DNA of 64,000 bases, from positions 8,492-72,491 of the forward strand of contig JBDNCJ010000006.1 in the NCBI GenBank assembly GCA_046719715.1, in the 5' to 3' direction. Made by a program: the position numbers and the translations under genes. Every line of letters starts with the position of its first letter. Within the stretch, counting starts at the first letter, position 1. This document shows positions 51,259 to 59,143 of this stretch, in pieces. The notes beneath the pieces were generated by a model. It was given only the letters and a program-made list of their open reading frames with translations, had not been told where the DNA came from and ran no database searches. Source of the DNA: Chloroherpetonaceae bacterium. Lineage in GTDB: Bacteria > Bacteroidota > Chlorobiia > Chlorobiales > Thermochlorobacteraceae.

Positions 51259-51951
51259 TTATCGCTTGTCTCGATTGTATCGCTCCAAGCGCGCTTTGGC
51301 TTCACGCTTGAAGTAGGCGTCGATGTAGGGATAGCGTTCTTCGGCTTTGAGGCAAGCGTTGAGAGAGCCGAGCGCGTCGCGGTGATTGTAGAGCGCGAAG
51401 TAGCACTCGGAAAGTCGGTAGTAAGTCATCGCTAAAAATTCACCTTCCAATTTCACTTGAAGCAAATAGAGCAAGGCTCGGTCGTAATCGCTTTCAGGCA
51501 GTGCGCCGTAAAGTATTTTCGCAAGAAAGGATTTAATTCCTCCCAGTTTTAAAATCTCGATGTTCATGGTCGCATACACGAGCGAGGCGATGATATTTGA
51601 GGGGTCTCGTTTCAGGAGGCTATCAAGTATGGGTTTGTAGAAGTTGAGGATTTTGACGGCGGAATCGTTGGGAAGAAAATGCGTCAGTTCAAGGTGATGC
51701 GCCGCCATCAGAAGCGTATCGTTGCTTTCACGTGCAAATTCAAGTCCCTTTGCGAGCGCGGCTTGTCGGAAGAGGGTGCTATCGGGATATTTGAACGAAT
51801 AAAAAAAATACTGCCGCGAGAGTTCACGGCGCATTTGCTCTTTGAGCGAATCGGGCGACGCGTTTAAGCGCGATTCCAACGCCGACCTTACACTATCTTG
51901 CGCGAAAAGTCCAGATGGAACAAGCAACAACAAAAACAGCACGCGCATCAT
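51259..51951 (-). CDS. hypothetical secreted helical-repeat protein
   Basis: Signal peptide MMRVLFLLLLVPSGLFAQ. The body is helical and TPR-like. Its ATG overlaps the bcp stop (ATGA). No family recognised. Confidence 0.5.
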   Translation of the reverse strand: MMRVLFLLLLVPSGLFAQDSVRSALESRLNASPDSLKEQMRRELSRQYFFYSFKYPDSTLFRQAALAKGLEFARESNDTLLMAAHHLELTHFLPNDSAVKILNFYKPILDSLLKRDPSNIIASLVYATMNIEILKLGGIKSFLAKILYGALPESDYDRALLYLLQVKLEGEFLAMTYYRLSECYFALYNHRDALGSLNACLKAEERYPYIDAYFKREAKARLERYNRDKR

Positions 51952-52472
51952 TTTGAAACATTTTGAACTTGTGCGAGCAGTTCATTAACCGAGCGATAAA
52001 CGACGGGCAAGAGTTCGCTGTGCGCATAACTCACCGTTCCCTCTTCGTCAATCAGCACGTAGGCACGCTGCGAGACGCCGAAAAAACTTAATGCGTCGTA
52101 TTGCTTGGAGACCACTTTGTCTTTATCGCTTAAAATCGGAAACGGGAATTGATATTTCTCTGCAAAATTTTTCTTTGATGCCGCGCCGTCGGTGCTGATG
52201 CCCAAAATCTGAATGCCCGCTTCTTCGAAGGCGGAAAAATTATCTCGATACGAACACAGTTGCGCTGTGCAGACGGGCGTGTTGTCGCCGGGATAAAACA
52301 CGAGCAAAACCTTCTTGCCTTTAAATGACGCAAGCGAAACGCTTTTGCCGTGTTGGTCGAGGAGCGAAAAATCAGGTGCTTTTGTGCCGACAGAAATCAT
52401 TGATGTTTGTTGATTAAATTGTGCGATTGAAAGAACACGCTTCTTCTCATCGTCGTTCAAATTATTGCTCAA
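51948..52472 (-). CDS. bcp: thioredoxin-dependent thiol peroxidase (Bcp-type peroxiredoxin)
   Basis: GTKAPDFSLLDQHGKSVSL..KKVLLVFYPGDNTPVCTAQLC. Confidence 0.9.
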   Translation of the reverse strand: MSNNLNDDEKKRVLSIAQFNQQTSMISVGTKAPDFSLLDQHGKSVSLASFKGKKVLLVFYPGDNTPVCTAQLCSYRDNFSAFEEAGIQILGISTDGAASKKNFAEKYQFPFPILSDKDKVVSKQYDALSFFGVSQRAYVLIDEEGTVSYAHSELLPVVYRSVNELLAQVQNVSK

Positions 52473-52508
52473 CGCGCAACTTCGAGTTGCATTTTTTCAG
52501 TTTCAAAT

Positions 52509-52925
52509 ATGCATCGAAACAGCATTTTTTTCTTTCTCGGCTCATTGATTTTGCTCGGCATTTTGGGCGCGTATTCGTTTTGGGAACTCAATCGCCATGA
52601 GGGCTTGGTCAAGGAGTATTACCGCGACGGCTCGCTTCGTTCCGAAGTCGTCTTCAAAAACGGTTTGCCCGACGACACCGTGCGCCTTTACTACAAAAAC
52701 GGCAACCTGCGCCGCCTCGCCTACTTCAAAGACGGCAAACAGCAAGGACGAACGCTCAGCTACTACGAAAACGGAACGCTCAAAGCCGATGAATACTACA
52801 AAGACAGCATGCTCGAAGGTCGATGTAAATTTTACGACCAGAACGGCGCGCTTCAATGGGAAGCGGATTTCAAAAATGGACTTATCGTTCCCGGCACGCG
52901 CAAAGACTATACGAAATCCAATTAG
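52509..52925 (+). CDS. MORN-variant repeat (YwqK-like) membrane-anchored protein
   Basis: N-terminal TM anchor, then repeats YYRDGSLRSEVVFKNG, YYKNGNLRRLAYFKDGKQQG, YYENGTLKADEYYKDSMLEG and FYDQNGALQWEADFKNG. Confidence 0.78.
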   Translation: MHRNSIFFFLGSLILLGILGAYSFWELNRHEGLVKEYYRDGSLRSEVVFKNGLPDDTVRLYYKNGNLRRLAYFKDGKQQGRTLSYYENGTLKADEYYKDSMLEGRCKFYDQNGALQWEADFKNGLIVPGTRKDYTKSN

Positions 52926-53059
52926 AACTTTCTATCTTTGTTTCACTGTGGCTACGCTCTTGAACACCGCTCTTCGCATCGCACTCACGGATTAGCGTCT
53001 CGCTTTTTCATCGTTCAAATTGATTTGCAATTCAACCATTCAATTTCTGATACGCCTTC

Positions 53060-54973
53060 ATGTCTCTGTCAAAAGTTCGTTCCGCGCTTCAATCGCTTGC
53101 TTACCATCAACCCTATTTTATTCCATCGCTTTGGAAAAATCCAACTTCGGAAGCCTTAACGGCGATTGAGGTTTCTCCGAAGACATTTTTTACCGAAGTC
53201 ATTGATTCCATTCTCGCGTCTCCGAAAGCGGAGATTGTGCCGACGGAAAACGGCGAGTGGTCGCGCTCGGCAGTCATTTACAATCTTTTTCCGCGTCTGA
53301 CGGCGGCGTTTGACCACAATCAAAACAAACGCATTGACACCCTACCCGATGAAGCGTTGCGCGAAACCGGCACGTTTTTGAAGTGCATCGCGCTCTTGCC
53401 CTACATCAAATCGCTTGGCGCAACGGTGGTGCATCTGCTTCCGATTACGTCCATCGGCAAAGACGGCAATAAGGGCGCGCTCGGCTCGCCTTACGCGATT
53501 AAAAATCCTTACAAACTCGATGAACGACTTTCTGAACCCGCACTCAATCTTGATGTTGAAACGGAATTTGCCGCGTTTGTTGAAGCGGCACATCACTTGG
53601 GGTTACGAATCGTGTTGGAGTTTGTCTTCAGAACCGCCGCAAAAGACGGCGATTGGGTCAAAGAACACCCCGAATGGTTTTATTGGATTGATAATCGCTT
53701 GCAAGACCGAAGCCCACAGCATCGGAGCGGACTTGTCTATGGCAACCCGATTTTCTCGCGCGAAGAACTCGCCATCATCAACGCCAAAGTCAATTCGGGC
53801 GACTTCCGCGACTTGCCGCCCCCCAGCGACCTTTATCGCTCGTTTTTCACCGACACCCCTGAAACCGTCCAACTCATCGGCGGACGATACATCGGCAAAA
53901 CCAAAGATGGACGCGAATGCCGAATCCCCGGCGCATTCGCCGACTGGCCTCCCGACGATACCCAACCGCCATGGGGCGATGTAACCTATCTCAAAATGTA
54001 TGACCACCCCGATTTCAACTACATCGCTTACAACACCATTCGCATGTATTCGGCGGAACTTGCTCAACCCAAATTCGCCAATAAGCCGCTTTGGAAAAAA
54101 ATCATCGGCATCATTCCCCACTATCAAGACGCCTTCGGCATTGACGGCGTAATGATTGACATGGGGCACGCGCTTCCCTTCGAACTTAAAAAAGAAATGG
54201 TGCGCGTCGCACGCGAAAAAAATCCCGACTTCGCATTTTGGGACGAGAACTTCGACATCACCCGCAAGAGCGTCGCCGAAGGCTACAACGCCGTCATGGG
54301 TAGCCTCATTTTCGTTGGTCATCAATTTGACGAGCTCAAAAAATTTCTCATGTTTTTCGCCCAACAAGGCGTGCCGATTCCCTTTTTCGGTTCAGCGGAA
54401 AATCACAACACGCCGCGCACCGCTTCACGATTCGGCGGCGGCGAGGCGGGCGCGAATTATTCCAAATTCATTTTCGCCGTCGCTTGCGCTTATCCGACCA
54501 TTCCCTTTATTCATTCAGGCATGGAACTTTGCGAATGGTATCCGGTCAATACCGGCATCGGCTTCGCGCCTTCCGACTTACAAAAATTTCCATCAGAAAA
54601 ACTTGCCTTATTCAGCGAAGAGCATTACAACTGGACGGGCGGCAACGGCGTTGCGCCAATCATTCCGTTCATTAAGCGCGTGCTCGAGGTGAGAAAGAAA
54701 TACGAAAAGCTTATCGTCGACCCGTCGCCCGATACGATTACATTTTTGGAGATTCCAAACAGCCCCGTGCTGGGCATCGTGCGGAGCGGCTACGGCAAAA
54801 AACTGCTCTTTTTGGCAAACGCCAATCCATACCAAACAACAGAAGTTTCCGTGCCGCTTCAAAGCGCGAAGGCGGAACTCAAAGAGTTAATTTCAGGAGA
54901 ACTTCATCGAATCGGCGACAATGTGCTCACCGTTCGGCTTGGCGCGGGCGAAAGCGCGTGGTTTGAACTTTAA
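53060..54973 (+). CDS. GH13 alpha-amylase-family enzyme, GlgE-like
   Basis: Blocks resemble GlgE-type alpha-glucan enzymes: GATVVHLLPITSIGKDGNKGALGSPYAIKNPYKLDE, LGLRIVLEFVFRTAAKDGDWVKEHPEWFYW, a nucleophile region GIDGVMIDMGHAL, and an acid/base region FAFWDENF. Confidence 0.75.
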   Translation: MSLSKVRSALQSLAYHQPYFIPSLWKNPTSEALTAIEVSPKTFFTEVIDSILASPKAEIVPTENGEWSRSAVIYNLFPRLTAAFDHNQNKRIDTLPDEALRETGTFLKCIALLPYIKSLGATVVHLLPITSIGKDGNKGALGSPYAIKNPYKLDERLSEPALNLDVETEFAAFVEAAHHLGLRIVLEFVFRTAAKDGDWVKEHPEWFYWIDNRLQDRSPQHRSGLVYGNPIFSREELAIINAKVNSGDFRDLPPPSDLYRSFFTDTPETVQLIGGRYIGKTKDGRECRIPGAFADWPPDDTQPPWGDVTYLKMYDHPDFNYIAYNTIRMYSAELAQPKFANKPLWKKIIGIIPHYQDAFGIDGVMIDMGHALPFELKKEMVRVAREKNPDFAFWDENFDITRKSVAEGYNAVMGSLIFVGHQFDELKKFLMFFAQQGVPIPFFGSAENHNTPRTASRFGGGEAGANYSKFIFAVACAYPTIPFIHSGMELCEWYPVNTGIGFAPSDLQKFPSEKLALFSEEHYNWTGGNGVAPIIPFIKRVLEVRKKYEKLIVDPSPDTITFLEIPNSPVLGIVRSGYGKKLLFLANANPYQTTEVSVPLQSAKAELKELISGELHRIGDNVLTVRLGAGESAWFEL

Positions 54974-55007
54974 CTTTACCGCCAGCACTTCATTTTTCAG
55001 CGTTGCA

Positions 55008-55352
55008 GTGAGATTGCCAAATGGGGAGAAAGCCGTGATTCCACCTTCAAAAGTTGAAGGCTATGCGTTGAACTTTCAACACGAAACAGGAAAGCACAAA
55101 GCCATAAGATTCAAATCCGTTTTGGGAATTGAATTACATAATTCAGATATTCTTTACGAGGCACTGCGTGATGCCGCCAGAAGTGGAAATGCAGAGCTTT
55201 TACTGACGAGTAACTACGGAGATATTTTTAGGATTGATTTTGTTCTAACAACCTCACATGGCAATGCGATTGTCCGCAGTGGTTGGCTGGTTGATAAAGA
55301 AACTTCTCTTCCGAAACTCACAACCGTTTTTGTAAAAGAACCTATCGTCTGA
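55008..55352 (+). CDS. DUF6883-like protein (start inferred at GTG)
   Basis: KVEGYALNFQHETGKHKAIRFKSVLGI fits the DUF6883 pattern (K..Y.L...H..G..KA..F...LG). The ORF-track start at 54921 overlaps the GH13 gene, and the in-frame GTG at 55008 lies after its stop. Confidence 0.6.
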   Translation: MRLPNGEKAVIPPSKVEGYALNFQHETGKHKAIRFKSVLGIELHNSDILYEALRDAARSGNAELLLTSNYGDIFRIDFVLTTSHGNAIVRSGWLVDKETSLPKLTTVFVKEPIV

Positions 55353-55354
55353 AC

Positions 55355-55594
55355 ATGCTGAACGTTTTAGATGTTGTTGCCTTAAATGAAGATTTGCGCG
55401 CCAGTCATTATGAGAGCAAACTTCCTATCTTGCTCAAGCGTGGTCAAGTTGGAACAGTTTTGGAAGTGTATGAACAAGGCGCATCTTATTTGGTAGAGTT
55501 TGCCGACCAACAGGGCGTTATGTTTGCCTTAGAAATTCTTGAATCGAAACAACTGATTCCCTTGCACCATCAATGCTTTATTGAATCTACATAA
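55355..55594 (+). CDS. DUF4926-like small protein
   Basis: 79 aa. DVVALNEDL...LKRGQVGTVLEVYEQGASYLVEFADQQGVMFALEILESKQL matches the DUF4926 pattern. It starts 2 nt after the upstream gene's stop. Confidence 0.7.
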   Translation: MLNVLDVVALNEDLRASHYESKLPILLKRGQVGTVLEVYEQGASYLVEFADQQGVMFALEILESKQLIPLHHQCFIEST

Positions 55595-55631
55595 ATTCGT
55601 TTTCATCTGACTTCATCTCAAACTCATATCT

Positions 55632-56543
55632 ATGTCCTTTCTTACCATCGGTTCGGTCGCGATAGACCATCTTGAAACGCCGTTTGAAAAGCGCGACAAC
55701 GTTTTGGGCGGCGCGGCAACATTCATCAGCATTACGGCGAGTTACTTCATTGATAAGCCCATGCTCGTCGGCGCGGTCGGTGAAGACTTCGGCGACGAAA
55801 ACCTCAAAGTGCTTAAAGAAAAAAACGTCGACCTCTCTGGTTTGCAAATCGTTAAAGGCGGAAAAACCTTTCGCTGGCACGGACGCTACCATTACGACAT
55901 GAACAACCGCGACACGCTCGATACCCAACTCAACGTGCTCGGCGACTTCAATCCGTCTCTTCCTGATTCGTTCAAACATGCAAAGTATGTTTGTCTCGGA
56001 AACTTAGACCCTGTAATTCAACTCAACGTGCTCTCGCAAATCAAATCGCCGAAACTCGCCGTTTGCGACACCATGAATTTTTGGATTGAAGGCAAACTGC
56101 CCGAACTCAAAGAGACCTTGAAACACGTCGACGTGCTTATCATTAACGATAGCGAAGCGCGCTTGCTTTCACAAAGCCCGAACCTTGTTAAAGCCGCTCG
56201 CATCATTCGTGCCATGGGTCCGAAATTTCTCGTGATTAAAAAAGGCGAACACGGCGCGTTACTTTTCACCGAAACCTCTGTCTTTTCCGCACCCGCCTAT
56301 CCGCTCGAAACCATCGTCGACCCAACAGGCGCAGGCGATACATTCGCGGGCGGCTTCACGGCTTACCTTGCCAAAGTCAACCAAATCAATGAGACTACGC
56401 TTCGCAAAGCCGTGCTCTACGGAAGCACTATGGCAAGCTTCTGCGTCGAAAAGTTTGGCACGGAAGGTTTGCTCAATTTGAGCCTTTTAGAAATTGACGA
56501 CCGCTATCGCAGTTTCTTAGAACTTAGCCGCATCGACGAATGA
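55632..56543 (+). CDS. PfkB-family carbohydrate kinase
   Basis: N-terminal GSVAIDHL..GGAATF and the C-terminal signature DPTGAGDTFAGGF. Confidence 0.85.
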   Translation: MSFLTIGSVAIDHLETPFEKRDNVLGGAATFISITASYFIDKPMLVGAVGEDFGDENLKVLKEKNVDLSGLQIVKGGKTFRWHGRYHYDMNNRDTLDTQLNVLGDFNPSLPDSFKHAKYVCLGNLDPVIQLNVLSQIKSPKLAVCDTMNFWIEGKLPELKETLKHVDVLIINDSEARLLSQSPNLVKAARIIRAMGPKFLVIKKGEHGALLFTETSVFSAPAYPLETIVDPTGAGDTFAGGFTAYLAKVNQINETTLRKAVLYGSTMASFCVEKFGTEGLLNLSLLEIDDRYRSFLELSRIDE

Positions 56544-56929
56544 TGTTCAAGCCCGGCGATGTTGTTTCCTTCGTCTGCAAAGACGGCTCTTTCGGCATGG
56601 CGAAACTTTTGCGCATCGACACGCACGACGATTTACCTGTTCCGCAACCCGTCTATCACTTCTTGATTTATTCGCTGCGGAACCTCTTTCCGCCGAACAT
56701 TGCTTACTTGCCTGACGCCAAAGTCTTTATTCCGCATTTGCCGATTATGGAATCGGGCGTCAAACAGTCGGGCGCGACCTTCATCGCCTATCAAGACGTT
56801 TCGGAGGAAGAACTTGACGCCTACACCATTTGGAAACAAGCCTTCTTCGCAGGCGAAGCGGGCGTTTTCGAGCTCACGATTGATGAAGCCATCTCAATTA
56901 TGATAGAAGCCTTGGGCTTATCGCCGTAA
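56540..56929 (+). CDS. hypothetical protein (129 aa)
   Basis: The ATG overlaps the kinase stop (ATGA). No family recognised. Confidence 0.45.
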   Translation: MMFKPGDVVSFVCKDGSFGMAKLLRIDTHDDLPVPQPVYHFLIYSLRNLFPPNIAYLPDAKVFIPHLPIMESGVKQSGATFIAYQDVSEEELDAYTIWKQAFFAGEAGVFELTIDEAISIMIEALGLSP

Positions 56930-57003
56930 TCTTCAACGCTTAACTGTGCGGAAAAATCTTGAAGAGGTTGTAATTTCAACCCGCCATTCACTTAACCAAT
57001 ACT

Positions 57004-57077
57004 GCCCTTGTAGCTCAGATGGATAGAGCAAGAGTTTCCTAAACTCTGCGTCGGCAGTTCGACTCTGCCCAAGGGCA
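57004..57077 (+). tRNA. tRNA-Arg (anticodon CCT)
   Basis: Perfect cloverleaf folded by hand. Acceptor GCCCTTG/CAAGGGC, D stem GCTC/GAGC, anticodon stem AGAGT/ACTCT with loop TTCCTAA, T stem GGCAG/CTGCC with loop TTCGACT. CCA is encoded at 57078-57080. Confidence 0.93.
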
Positions 57078-57100
57078 CCAACTAACAAACGAAGAACATT

Positions 57101-57484
57101 ATGCCTCTTATTACGATTACACTTCACAAAGGCAGAACCTCCTCAGAAAAACGTGCGATTGCCGACTCGATTCACGACGCCCTCGTTCAATCGGGCGTCC
57201 CTCAACACGACCGATTTCAACGCTTCCTTGAACTCAGTGCCGACGATTTCATTTACGACCTTACTTATCCAAACCTTGCCAACGCGCGTAGTTCAAAATT
57301 TATCATTGTCGAAATCTTGCTCTCGGTTGGTCGAAGCGTGAAGGTTAAAAAAGAACTTTTGAAAACCTTGATTTCAAACCTTAACGAACGCGCCTCAATT
57401 TCTCCTAACGACGTCATGGTTGTTTTCAAAGAGACGCAGTGGGAAAATTGGGCGTTCGCTCATGGCGAACTACTTCATACCTGA
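57101..57484 (+). CDS. tautomerase-superfamily protein (4-OT-like, long form)
   Basis: Begins MPLITITL.. (catalytic Pro-1 context) and continues ..SEKRAIADSIHDALV. 127 aa. Confidence 0.75.
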   Translation: MPLITITLHKGRTSSEKRAIADSIHDALVQSGVPQHDRFQRFLELSADDFIYDLTYPNLANARSSKFIIVEILLSVGRSVKVKKELLKTLISNLNERASISPNDVMVVFKETQWENWAFAHGELLHT

Positions 57485-57497
57485 AAGGACACTGGCT

Positions 57498-58964
57498 ATG
57501 CATACCATCTTAGTCGTTGATGATGAACCCCTTCTCGTTGAGTTCATTGAAGAATCTCTCTCTTGCGAGGGCTACCATGTTGAGACGGCGTCGGACGGCG
57601 CGAGTGCGCTAGAAATCGCACGTCAGTCATTTCCCGATATTGTTTTACTTGATTACCACTTGCCCGACATGAGCGGCATTGATGTTCTCAAAAAATTGCG
57701 CGAGCATGATGACGGCGTGCAGGTGCTCATGCTTACCGGCTTCAACGACGTGCGCACCGCCTTCGATGCTATCCGACATGGCGCGGCGGATTATATCTTA
57801 AAACCATTTGAACTTGACGCCCTTAAACTCTCGATTGCTAAGGTTGCTGAAAAAATTTCGCTTCGCAATCAAATCCGAATTTTGAGCAAAGAAACCTTGC
57901 GCCGATACACAGAATCCGAGTTTATTCTCTGCCCGTCTCCGAAAATGACGAAGGTCTATGAACTCGCGGCACAAGTCGCTCAAACCAACGACACCACCGT
58001 TCTCATTTTGGGCGAAAGCGGTTCGGGCAAAGAGCATATAGCCAAGTTCGTTCATCACAGTTCGGCAAGAAAGTCGAAGCCGTTTGTAGAAATCAACTGC
58101 GCCGCCATTCCTGAAAACTTGCTTGAAGCGGAACTCTTTGGCTACGAGCCGGGCGCATTTACCGACGCACGCAGCAAAAAAATCGGGCTGTTTGAATACG
58201 CCGACGGTGGCACGCTCTTTCTCGATGAAATCGGCGATATGCCGCTTGCCACACAAGCCAAAGTGCTCAAACTCATTGAAACCAAAACCTTTCGGCGCGT
58301 AGGCGGGTTGCGCGATATGAAAAGCGACGTGCGCATCGTTGCCGCCACGAATCGCGACCTCGCACGGCTCATCGACGAAGGCAAGTTTCGGGAAGATTTA
58401 TACTACCGCTTGCAAGTCGTTCCGATTGAGCTGCCGCCGCTTCGAGAGCGTCCCGAAGACATTCTCCAACTTGCTGATTTCTTCCTTAAAAACTTCTGCC
58501 AAACCATGCGCAAGCGCTTGGAGTTTTCCGACGAAGCCTTCGCCACGATGCTCGGCTACGGTTGGAAAGGCAATGTGAGAGAACTTAAAAACGTGATTGA
58601 ACGCGCCGTCATCATCACGCCAAATGCGGAGAAAATCATGCCTCATCATCTCGCGCTGGATAGTCGTCGCAAAGTAGCCGCCCCCATGCTATCGTCAAAG
58701 CCCGCCGCCGATGGAATGATTAGAGAAGAGCCTTCCCATCAGCCGAACTTGCCGTTTTCTTTGCGAGAGCACTTAGACAACATCGAGCGCAAATACATCT
58801 TAGACGCACTTCAAAAAACCGACGGCAACCAACTCCGCGCCGCAAAACTCTTAGGCATTGAGCGGCACGTGCTTCGATATCAGATGAAAAAATTAGGCAT
58901 TGCTCTCAAAGAGGAATCAGCACCCAGTCGCCGCGTCAGCGATGAATCTACCCACGAGTCGTAG
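57498..58964 (+). CDS. sigma-54-dependent Fis-family response regulator (NtrC-like)
   Basis: REC domain (ILVVDDEP..IVLLDYHLPDMSG). AAA+ domain (GESGSGKE, GAFTDA loop, ELFGYEPGAF). C-terminal Fis HTH (GNQLRAAKLLGIERHVLRYQMKKLGI). ATG 57498 is preferred over 57420, which overlaps the tautomerase gene. Confidence 0.92.
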   Translation: MHTILVVDDEPLLVEFIEESLSCEGYHVETASDGASALEIARQSFPDIVLLDYHLPDMSGIDVLKKLREHDDGVQVLMLTGFNDVRTAFDAIRHGAADYILKPFELDALKLSIAKVAEKISLRNQIRILSKETLRRYTESEFILCPSPKMTKVYELAAQVAQTNDTTVLILGESGSGKEHIAKFVHHSSARKSKPFVEINCAAIPENLLEAELFGYEPGAFTDARSKKIGLFEYADGGTLFLDEIGDMPLATQAKVLKLIETKTFRRVGGLRDMKSDVRIVAATNRDLARLIDEGKFREDLYYRLQVVPIELPPLRERPEDILQLADFFLKNFCQTMRKRLEFSDEAFATMLGYGWKGNVRELKNVIERAVIITPNAEKIMPHHLALDSRRKVAAPMLSSKPAADGMIREEPSHQPNLPFSLREHLDNIERKYILDALQKTDGNQLRAAKLLGIERHVLRYQMKKLGIALKEESAPSRRVSDESTHES

Positions 58965-59019
58965 CGAATGCGCGTTTCCCAAGATTCCCCCTTTTTTCTT
59001 TTCTGAAATCGTTGTTTAT

Positions 59020-59047
59020 TAGTCCGAACTTTTTAGTCCGAACTTTT
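59020..59047. repeat. perfect 14-nt direct tandem repeat TAGTCCGAACTTTT x2 in the promoter region of the large OM protein gene
   Basis: Read directly: 59020-59033 and 59034-59047 are identical. Confidence 0.9.
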
Positions 59048-59143
59048 AACACTTCTTTCAAACCGACTCAACTTGTATTGACGCACATCTACGGCTCGAC
59101 TTCGTTATATTTCTCTTTCAAACTTGAACTTCACCTTGAACTC

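Noticed and set aside
53603-54367. 254-aa ORF antisense to the GH13 gene (with similar cases at 47431-48060 in the protease gene and 12024-12593 in wzc)
   Set aside because: These are antisense shadows of confidently assigned long genes, and no independent support exists for them.
56933-57127. 64-aa minus-strand ORF
   Set aside because: It overlaps the tRNA-Arg gene on the opposite strand and is a translation artefact.
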